Below are positions 1 through 6,802 of a stretch of DNA of 34,950 nt, piece by piece (position 1 is the first letter of the stretch; each line of letters opens with the position of its first letter). Source of the stretch: a virus (taxonomy: Duplodnaviria; Caudoviricetes); IMG/VR virus record IMGVR_UViG_3300030330_003158, positions 1-34,950 of that record. One strand, 5' to 3'. Position numbers and translations under genes: made by a program. The notes beneath the pieces were generated by a model. That model was given only the letters and a program-made list of their open reading frames with translations. It did not search any database and had not been told where the DNA came from.

Positions 1-123
1 AAAGAACTTATATCCTCGTCAATGACACTTATAGTCTTATAATCCTCGTGGTCGTTGTTACCTTAGCGGTCGCACTATAAGACTCCCCCGATCTCACAAA
101 ATCTCAGAAATCCTCCCGCCGCC

Positions 124-243
124 CATTATAAGTGAACACAGCACAATCACAGTGAACTCAGCAACACTCCCAGGCACCGTGAATCGACAGTCTTCGGCAA
201 CACTTATAAGGCGTGAAAGTACACTGAGTCATTATAAGTGAAC
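124..243. repeat. 14-bp direct repeat CATTATAAGTGAAC (124-137 and 230-243) within a cluster of GTGAA pentamers
   Basis: Exact copies read at both positions; partial AGTGAACTC at 151-159; GTGAA starts at 132, 152, 179, 213, 238, 247, 263. Confidence 0.85.
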
Positions 244-259
244 TCGGTGAATCTGTCAA
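231..259 (-). promoter_or_regulatory. Consensus sigma70-type (phage early) promoter TTGACA-N17-TATAAT, firing leftward
   Basis: + strand TGTCAA at 254-259 (TTGACA on -), ATTATA at 231-236 (TATAAT on -), spacer 237-253 = 17 bp. Confidence 0.85.
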
Positions 260-414
260 GGGGTGAATGTTACATAGACAGTGTAATCCTTGGCGATCCT
301 TATACGCCCTGCGGGCGTGCCCCCCGTTTAAAAAACGTTAACTACCCTAACCTACAAACGTTTCCCAGAGCGAGTGATATATTATAAGGGCATCCAAGTT
401 CCAGAGAAATCAAA

Positions 415-435
415 ATTTTTTTCGCAGAAAAAAAT
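415..435. repeat. A/T-tract inverted repeat ATTTTTTTC-GCA-GAAAAAAAT just past the stop of the first minus-strand CDS
   Basis: 9-bp arms with a 3-nt loop, read directly; function (terminator, bend, protein site) unknown. Confidence 0.6.
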
Positions 436-438
436 CCG

Positions 439-1386
439 TCAGAGGTATTTCAGAGGAGTCCCCCAGTGTAGTGGTAGAGAACCATAATGTTTCTCCCAGG
501 CATCATAGACGTACTGATATTTGTTTTTGTAATGGTAGTAGATATCTTCTGTAAGGACTTGTAAGTTTTGCCCGTATGCCTGACAGGGAACATCCGGGTC
601 ATATTCTACTAAGTGACCACGATCAGGGGCATAGAGATTCTTCCAGAGTTTAGGGATGGGATGATCTAAGAAGTTTGATAGTTGTTGTTTAGCGGTACCG
701 TCATCTTCCCATAGATTTTCCATGGCAATAACATGGACATTCTCTTCACCATAGCGTTGATTGTATAGTTTAATCTTACGGATGTAGTCAGTGATATTAA
801 GTTTATATGGCAAGGGTTTGATATCACAACTTTTTGCCTTATTATCTTCATTCTTCTGTCTTTCTGTAAGGTAATTAGAGAAGGCACGACGGACGGGATC
901 ACGGGCGATGAAGAGTACCTTTACATCAAACTCTGAGATAACTGTATCATAAAATTTTTGAATATACTCTGAGGTAATTTTAGGATATGAGAAGGAATCA
1001 CCTACGGACTTATAACCTTTAGTGCTAACGTGATCATATAAGGCAGAATAGAAGTCAACGTATTTGGATATAGTTGGTATACCAGTTATTAGTTTAGTGA
1101 AGTGTTCTAATGGGAAGTCTCTAAGTGGTTCTAAGTCTTCTGTAAGGTTTAGTCTATGGGATGGTGCTTCGGTGCTTTTCCAGTTCTCCCATGTGCCGGA
1201 AGCGACTCTATTGTATAATTCTTTTACTGAGTTACCTTTGTATCCATTAAATGCCTGTTCTAGGTAAGCAAAGTATTTTGTATAACCGAAGTGAGCATAT
1301 TTGGCATTACGTTGTAGAGTGTATACCAAAGGTGAAGTTGCTGACCAACACCACTGACCCATATGGAGCATTTTTGGTTTTGTCAT
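439..1386 (-). CDS. Sulfotransferase-fold (P-loop-like) protein, paralog 1, about 315 aa
   Basis: PSB-like GQWCWSATSPLVYTL and 3'-PB-like FIARDPVRRAFS. Start moved from 1410 to the ATG at 1386: it gives an ATGA overlap with the upstream stop and MTKP aligns with MSKP/MKP of the paralogs. Confidence 0.75.
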   Translation of the reverse strand: MTKPKMLHMGQWCWSATSPLVYTLQRNAKYAHFGYTKYFAYLEQAFNGYKGNSVKELYNRVASGTWENWKSTEAPSHRLNLTEDLEPLRDFPLEHFTKLITGIPTISKYVDFYSALYDHVSTKGYKSVGDSFSYPKITSEYIQKFYDTVISEFDVKVLFIARDPVRRAFSNYLTERQKNEDNKAKSCDIKPLPYKLNITDYIRKIKLYNQRYGEENVHVIAMENLWEDDGTAKQQLSNFLDHPIPKLWKNLYAPDRGHLVEYDPDVPCQAYGQNLQVLTEDIYYHYKNKYQYVYDAWEKHYGSLPLHWGTPLKYL

Positions 1387-2297
1387 TGATACGTTAGAGG
1401 TGTTCCCCAATGTAATGGTAACGATTTATATTTGTCAGTCCATTGATCATAGACGTGTTGGATTAATGACTTAGCGGTATTATAAGTTTCTTCTGTAAGG
1501 AGTTCATGATCGGACCCCCATTGGTCGGAGAGATCACGGATACCCTTTTTCACATATGGACCACGGTCTGGGGAGTAAGCATTCGGGTGTAGGGATGTGA
1601 AAGGATACTCGAAGAAGTCTCGAAGGGGTTGTAAGTTATTATTATCCCAGAGGTCTTCCATAACAAAAACACCTAACTCCGAGTACTTCTCCCACAGGTT
1701 GATAACATTCATGTATTGTGAAGAGGAAGAAGATGTAAGATTATTCAGAAAGTACTCAGTACAGGTGGAGGACCCTCCGAGTTTTAGATTATAATATCGG
1801 TGATTGTATTCAGACCATGAGCGTCTCACTGGATCTCTAAGTATGATGAAAGGTTTTACTGTAAAGTGTTTTTGGAGAACCGGTAAGTATTTCTCAATGG
1901 TACTTTGAGATAGTGTATGGTTAGTATTTGAGAAGTCTGCTACAGTCTTATAAGTATCTTTGACGGACTCATGGATTGCTTTGAAGTAACTTATGTACTT
2001 GTCGATTGATAATGGATAGGACGCGAATCTCTCATAGAAGGGGATTGTATTAGGACTTAGAGTCTTTGCTAAGCGGGGATGACACTTATTAACACCAATA
2101 GTAGATTCATTGGTTAAGCGATTATGATGTCTTTTACGTACACTAATATCAGTATTAAGATCTAATTGGTTCAGGTAATGTGGTTCTTTAATCCATCCTG
2201 TATGAGTGTAGCGATAGGTTCTTTGGAGTGTAAACCTTAAGGGGGATGTAGCAGACCATCCGATTCCAAGATTAAGCAGTAATGTAGGCTTACTCAT
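1383..2297 (-). CDS. Sulfotransferase-fold protein, paralog 2, 304 aa
   Basis: KPTLLLNLGIGWSATSPLRFTL, KEPHYL and IILRDPVRRSWS match the Sulfotransfer_1/3 layout; purine-rich GAGAGGGA directly upstream of the ATG. Confidence 0.8.
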   Translation of the reverse strand: MSKPTLLLNLGIGWSATSPLRFTLQRTYRYTHTGWIKEPHYLNQLDLNTDISVRKRHHNRLTNESTIGVNKCHPRLAKTLSPNTIPFYERFASYPLSIDKYISYFKAIHESVKDTYKTVADFSNTNHTLSQSTIEKYLPVLQKHFTVKPFIILRDPVRRSWSEYNHRYYNLKLGGSSTCTEYFLNNLTSSSSSQYMNVINLWEKYSELGVFVMEDLWDNNNLQPLRDFFEYPFTSLHPNAYSPDRGPYVKKGIRDLSDQWGSDHELLTEETYNTAKSLIQHVYDQWTDKYKSLPLHWGTPLTYQ

Positions 2298-2345
2298 TCC
2301 CTCTCATGAACCCTTACAGAGTTATTCTACATACATTTATGTGAT

Positions 2346-3773
2346 ATGTCAAGTATGACAGTATTTGTTGGTATTGGTGCTGCTACTCATGACACGAGTA
2401 TTGCGGCATTGATTGATGGAGAATTTAAGTATTGTAAGAGTGAACGTTTATTTGGTGTAAAGCATCATAAGGCAGATGATGAATGGTACACTAAGGTTCT
2501 AAGTGATTGGGGTGTTCGTGAGCAGGATATCTTCAGGTGTGTTTATACGGACGCTGGAACCACCTCATGGGGTAGGAAGATACGTAAACCATATCATGGT
2601 GAAGAATACCTTGTCGAAGGCGATAGGATCTGTATAGATCATCATACGGCACATAGATGGTCTACACTATCTGATGCCAGACAACATGCCGTATTTGATG
2701 GTCGTGGTTCTGGTGGTCGTAGGAACAGATGGACCAGTTATACTGAGACCGAAGAAGGTAAGGTAAGAGGTAAGGATCTATCGATTGGTCAATACCTTAC
2801 TTACGTTGGTCATGCCATGGGATTCAGTGGTATGAGGATTGATTACCCTGGTAAGGTAATGGGTCTACAGGCATATGGTACACCTGATCTCGAACTAGCA
2901 CGTCAAATCAATGAGAAGAATATCTTAGACCTATGTGGTGAGTGGATGATAAAGGGTGCCGATAGTAAGGACCCTAAGTTCCAGGACTTTGTGGCAACAG
3001 TCCATAAGGCATGTGAGTATAAGCAGTTAAAGGCATTTGATGCCTTTGATCAGGAGAAGAAGATTGCCTGCTCTGGTGGGGTAATGCTGAATACTGTGAT
3101 CAATACCGAACTAAGAAAGAAGTATGACATCCATATCCCACCACATGTCTATGATGGTGGTTTAAGTATTGGTGCCTTGCGTTATGCTGCTGGGTATGAC
3201 TTTGACATTCCTAACTTCCCATACTGTCAGGATGACTATGGTCCTGAAGAAGTAACTGATGAGACGATTGAGAAGGCAGCAGAACTACTGGCACAGGGTA
3301 AGATTATTGGATGGTATCAAGGGCAGGGTGAGATTGGTCCTAGAGCACTGGGCAATAGAAGTATCCTTATGAGTCCTATGGTCAAGAATGGTAAGGATAT
3401 CCTCAATGCTCGTGTTAAGCGTAGAGAATGGTGGAGACCCTTCGGAGCGTCTGTATTGAAAGAAAGAGCAGCAGAGTACTTTGATATCGATGACTCCCCC
3501 TACATGCTCTACAACGCGAAGGTAAAGGTCTCTGGACTCGATCCTATCACTCATGTAGATGGTACATGTCGTCATCAGACTGTTACCTATGAATCTAACC
3601 CGGCATACTATAAGTTGCTCAGTGCGTTTGAGAAGAAAACTGGTTGTCCTGTGTTGTTAAACACATCGTTAAACATCGGTGGTAAACCAATCGCATCACT
3701 GGCACATGATGCTAAGGTTCCTGGTTTAGATGCCTTGGTTATTGGTAATCGTATGGATGACCCCAGTGTTTAG
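2346..3773 (+). CDS. O-carbamoyltransferase, NodU/CmcH/TobZ family (Kae1-like N domain plus YrdC-like C domain); start 2346 or 2355
   Basis: HDTS, SERxxxxKH, DHHTAH, DGRG, GKVMGLQAYG, SGGVMLN, DGGLSIG, GWYQGxxEIGPRALGNRSIL, VKRREWWRPF, HVDGTCRHQTV, PVLLNTSLNIGGKPI. Confidence 0.95.
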   Translation: MSSMTVFVGIGAATHDTSIAALIDGEFKYCKSERLFGVKHHKADDEWYTKVLSDWGVREQDIFRCVYTDAGTTSWGRKIRKPYHGEEYLVEGDRICIDHHTAHRWSTLSDARQHAVFDGRGSGGRRNRWTSYTETEEGKVRGKDLSIGQYLTYVGHAMGFSGMRIDYPGKVMGLQAYGTPDLELARQINEKNILDLCGEWMIKGADSKDPKFQDFVATVHKACEYKQLKAFDAFDQEKKIACSGGVMLNTVINTELRKKYDIHIPPHVYDGGLSIGALRYAAGYDFDIPNFPYCQDDYGPEEVTDETIEKAAELLAQGKIIGWYQGQGEIGPRALGNRSILMSPMVKNGKDILNARVKRREWWRPFGASVLKERAAEYFDIDDSPYMLYNAKVKVSGLDPITHVDGTCRHQTVTYESNPAYYKLLSAFEKKTGCPVLLNTSLNIGGKPIASLAHDAKVPGLDALVIGNRMDDPSV

Positions 3774-4614
3774 GCAAAGATCCAAACTTTAATGCCCAAG
3801 CATCATAAGTCGGTTGTAACACTTCCTTAATCTGAAAGTATACCTCTGGTGTTAACTCCAGGTAGTCTGAGGACCACTGGTCTTTGAGGTTCTCATTTGA
3901 GGGATCTCTATTAACACCTCTGTCAGGGGAATACACGTTCTCATACACTGTATCCACACGTTCTCCTATGTGAGCAGATATCAGTTCTAGTTCTGTCTCA
4001 GTATCACCCTCCCACAACTCTTCCATAACGATTGGTAGAGTGTCTACATGACGTTGGAACATTTCCCACTGCTGTATGTACATTGTACTCCAGTCGGTCA
4101 TCAACTGCCTGTTGAGGAACTCATTAAAAGACTCATTTGATCTATTACCATTACTCATCCTTATAAGTCTTATTCTTGTATCAAAATACGCAAAATTTAT
4201 GTGAGACCAAGCACGCCTGACTGGATCTCTAAAGATCATGTATGCTTTGACATTAAAGTGCTTTTCGAGTTCCGGCACAATACTTGCTAAGAACTTTTCA
4301 GATAGCATATAGTTAGTATTTGAGGCATCCCCAACCATAGGGATGTCTGTTGACTCATATAGTTTCTTATAATACGTTATATACGATTCTAGTGATACTG
4401 GTGCTTGTAATAGTTCTCTAACCAGTGTAGTTTCTTCTTGTGAATATTTTCTACAATGCTTCTCAATCTTTCTGGTATCTCCTGTCCCCTCTAGCACTTT
4501 TAAGTAATGATGTTCTCTTAATTTGCCTACATTACAAACATCTTTCAGTGTATATCTTAGTGGGTTTGTAGCACACCAACCAACACCACCACATAATAGA
4601 AAAGTTGGTTTCAT
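3739..4614 (-). CDS. Sulfotransferase-fold protein, paralog 3, 291 aa
   Basis: KPTFLLCGGVGWCATNPLRYTL, REHHYL, MIFRDPVRRAWS; shares YSPDRG and SLPxHWGxP with paralogs 1 and 2; overlaps the carbamoyltransferase tail-to-tail by 35 nt. Confidence 0.8.
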   Translation of the reverse strand: MKPTFLLCGGVGWCATNPLRYTLKDVCNVGKLREHHYLKVLEGTGDTRKIEKHCRKYSQEETTLVRELLQAPVSLESYITYYKKLYESTDIPMVGDASNTNYMLSEKFLASIVPELEKHFNVKAYMIFRDPVRRAWSHINFAYFDTRIRLIRMSNGNRSNESFNEFLNRQLMTDWSTMYIQQWEMFQRHVDTLPIVMEELWEGDTETELELISAHIGERVDTVYENVYSPDRGVNRDPSNENLKDQWSSDYLELTPEVYFQIKEVLQPTYDAWALKFGSLPKHWGHPYDYQ

Positions 4615-4643
4615 GTAAATAATAATATCCCTGTAGCATATCT

Positions 4644-5024
4644 ATGCTTAGTTCTCCACAAGAGTATCTGTTCCAGTTGAAAGCGTGTAATAAGGCAGAA
4701 GCGATACGGATGTGGAGGACAGCAATCAAAGAAGAGTGGAATTATAACTGTGCTTACTGTGGGGAATATGGTGATACGATCGATCATATACATGCCCAAG
4801 CAAAGGGGGGTACCGATGAGTTGACAAATGTGCTATGCTGTTGTGAACGTTGTAACAAGGAGAAGGCACACGATGAGGTAGAAATCTGGTATTTCCAGCA
4901 ATACTTCTTCCAACAGGAACGATGGGACCGCATTGAAGAATGGCGTCGTGTCAAGACTGAAGGTAAGAAGAAACGATATATAAGAGGTAGGGGAGGACAA
5001 CCTACTAGGAGTGTAATCCTATGA
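4644..5024 (+). CDS. HNH endonuclease (zinc-finger type), 126 aa
   Basis: CAYCG...TIDHIHAQAKGG...NVLCCCERCNKEK is a canonical CxxC / DH / N / CxxCN HNH motif; basic C-terminal tail. Confidence 0.92.
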   Translation: MLSSPQEYLFQLKACNKAEAIRMWRTAIKEEWNYNCAYCGEYGDTIDHIHAQAKGGTDELTNVLCCCERCNKEKAHDEVEIWYFQQYFFQQERWDRIEEWRRVKTEGKKKRYIRGRGGQPTRSVIL

Positions 5025-5179
5025 CATATAGTGTATACTTAAACGACAAATTGGCGTTTGAGAATTTGACAAAAGAAGAAGCAGAGAAAAAGAAAGAACA
5101 GATGTCCCAGATGATCCAAGCGGGTCTACCGACATCATATAACCAAGAAGACATCACGATTCATTATTACAAATCTTGA
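5021..5179 (+). CDS. Small hypothetical protein, 52 aa (MTYSVYLNDKLAFENLTKEEAEKKKEQMSQMIQAGLPTSYNQEDITIHYYKS)
   Basis: Hand-translated; ATGA overlap with the HNH stop, AGGAG upstream, TTGA overlap with the next start; fills the gap exactly. Confidence 0.85.
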   Translation: MTYSVYLNDKLAFENLTKEEAEKKKEQMSQMIQAGLPTSYNQEDITIHYYKS

Positions 5180-5877
5180 AACTTTACTTTAGTGGTTGTT
5201 CTTGGACTTATGGACAAGAACTTGAGGATAGGGAAAAGAGTAGATTCTCCACTCTAGTTGGAGAACACTTTAAAGCGGAAGTAATTAACACTGGTAAGAA
5301 AGGAAGTAGCATTCAGAGAATGCTTAGGGCAACTTACGAATTGTGTAATCCTAAAGAAATAGATGCGGCAATCCTCCAGTTCACCATGCCTGCGAGGAAT
5401 GAGTATTTTGTAGATGGTTTAGATTGGAAAACCAGGGATGACTCCTTCACAAGTATTCATCCAAAGCGTAGACCAGAATATATGTCCCCATATCTTTTAC
5501 CAGATCATTGGGAGTACATGCAGCATTACTACAAAACTGCTTATACGGAAGAGTATGGTCTGACACAGGAGTATATTGTATTCCAAGCACTACAGGATTA
5601 TTTTGCTAGGTACAATGTTCCTGTAGTCACAATGACTCTGAATAGTGAGTCACCATTACCTTTTGATATCTTCTTGAGAAAGGAGAATCTTCCTCTGGCA
5701 CCAAGAGCACATCCTACTAAAGAAGGTCACAAGATAATCGCCGGTAAGATCCAAAAGATCTTGGAGCAGCGATTAGATAAACCCACGTATGCCAATGCCA
5801 AGGAATCCCATCTAACACGTATCAAGAGACTCTATGAAAATCTTTTTAACCCGATTGATCAGACGGATTACCGTTAA
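5176..5877 (+). CDS. SGNH/GDSL-like hydrolase or acyltransferase, 233 aa (TTG start)
   Basis: Block I-like YFSGCSWTYG, block II-like INTGKKGSS, block V-like AHPTKEGHKIIA. Confidence 0.7.
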   Translation: MKLYFSGCSWTYGQELEDREKSRFSTLVGEHFKAEVINTGKKGSSIQRMLRATYELCNPKEIDAAILQFTMPARNEYFVDGLDWKTRDDSFTSIHPKRRPEYMSPYLLPDHWEYMQHYYKTAYTEEYGLTQEYIVFQALQDYFARYNVPVVTMTLNSESPLPFDIFLRKENLPLAPRAHPTKEGHKIIAGKIQKILEQRLDKPTYANAKESHLTRIKRLYENLFNPIDQTDYR

Positions 5878-5935
5878 ATACAAACTTTGGAAGATTCGTA
5901 GACAAGACCCATATGTCTATGAAGACGACGATTGA
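5834..5935 (+). CDS. Putative 33-aa microprotein MKIFLTRLIRRITVKYKLWKIRRQDPYVYEDDD
   Basis: Hand-translated; overlaps the SGNH-like 3' end by 44 nt; basic amphipathic N part followed by a DPYVY tail. Confidence 0.55.
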   Translation: MKIFLTRLIRRITVKYKLWKIRRQDPYVYEDDD

Positions 5936-5960
5936 CACCACATATATACCGTGGTATCAT
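5932..5960 (+). promoter_or_regulatory. sigma70-type promoter TTGACA-N17-TATCAT with extended -10 TG, upstream of the glycosyltransferase-like gene
   Basis: TTGACA 5932-5937, TG 5952-5953, TATCAT 5955-5960. Confidence 0.8.
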
Positions 5961-6007
5961 ACCTTTGGGGTGATTCCCATTACTAGTAAAAAAATTGATC
6001 TTTATTC

Positions 6008-6772
6008 ATGGCAAAAGGATTTAAGGTGGTGACCACACCGCCTGGAGGTTCTAAGAAAGACGACGATAACGAGTTCAGCATTGAAAAGGCAAAAGAACTT
6101 ATCAAAGGCAAGAGTGTAGTATTCTGTCTCCCTGGTCGCGGCGTATCGTATACTTACCTGAAGAACTTCGTACAACTCTGTTTTGATCTGGTACAGAGTG
6201 GTGCTTCTATTCAGATTTCACAAGATTACAGTTCCATGGTGAACTTCGCACGTTGTAAGTGCCTTGGCGCTAACGTGCTTCGTGGTCCCGATCAAATTCC
6301 CTGGGACGGCAAACTCGAATATGACTATCAACTCTGGATTGATAGTGACATTGTATTCAACCTAGAATCCTTCTACAAACTCGTTTGGATGCAGAAGGAC
6401 ATTGCTGCTGGTTGGTATTGTACCGAAGATGGTCGTACTACATCAGTTGCTCACTGGTTGGAAGAGGACGACTTCAAGACTAACGGTGGCGTCATGAACC
6501 ATGAAATGGTTGACGGCATTCAGAAGCGTAAGAAACCCTTTACTGTTGACTATACTGGTTTCGGTTGGGTTCTTATTAAGAAAGGTGTATTCGAGCACCC
6601 TGAGATGAAGTATCCCTGGTTTGCTCCGCAGATGCAGGTTTTCGACTCCGGTGAAGTCCAAGATATGTGTGGTGAAGACGTTTCTTTCTGTCTCGATGCT
6701 ATCAAGGCAGGTTTTGAGATCTGGTGTGACCCCACTATTCGTGTTGGACACGAGAAGTCCCGTGTAATCTAA
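6008..6772 (+). CDS. GT-A-fold glycosyltransferase-like protein of T4-like cyanophages, 254 aa
   Basis: DxD motif LWIDSDIVF, TGFGWVLIKKGVFE, GEDVSFC, DPTIRVGHEK. Confidence 0.75.
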   Translation: MAKGFKVVTTPPGGSKKDDDNEFSIEKAKELIKGKSVVFCLPGRGVSYTYLKNFVQLCFDLVQSGASIQISQDYSSMVNFARCKCLGANVLRGPDQIPWDGKLEYDYQLWIDSDIVFNLESFYKLVWMQKDIAAGWYCTEDGRTTSVAHWLEEDDFKTNGGVMNHEMVDGIQKRKKPFTVDYTGFGWVLIKKGVFEHPEMKYPWFAPQMQVFDSGEVQDMCGEDVSFCLDAIKAGFEIWCDPTIRVGHEKSRVI

Positions 6773-6775
6773 TAT

Positions 6776-6793
6776 AGTACAGAGTTCTGTACT
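6776..6793. repeat. Inverted repeat AGTACAGA-GT-TCTGTACT
   Basis: 8-bp perfect arms in a 30-bp intergenic gap. Confidence 0.7.
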
Positions 6794-6802
6794 CGCGGAT
6801 AC

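Noticed and set aside
1-390. Short repeats as a CRISPR or mini-CRISPR array
   Set aside because: Longest exact repeat is 14 bp in two copies 106 bp apart; spacing is irregular; no cas genes
1387-1410. ORF-track start at 1410 for sulfotransferase paralog 1
   Set aside because: Overlaps the upstream gene by 28 nt; the ATG at 1386 gives an ATGA coupling and matches the paralog N-termini
666-3575. Short alternative-frame or antisense ORFs (666-902, 1064-1267, 1597-1794, 3285-3575)
   Set aside because: Fully nested in well-supported genes with no motifs
4532-4799. Minus-strand ORFs 4532-4729 and 4611-4799
   Set aside because: Antisense to a clear HNH gene with no recognisable motifs
439-5877. 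Saxitoxin or Nod-factor biosynthesis cluster
   Set aside because: Only generic tailoring enzyme classes are shared; no SxtA/SxtG-like or NodABC-like core genes are present
6776-6793. NtcA or LexA site, or intrinsic terminator
   Set aside because: GTA-TAC spacing is 10 rather than 8, LexA spacing does not fit, and there is no U-tract
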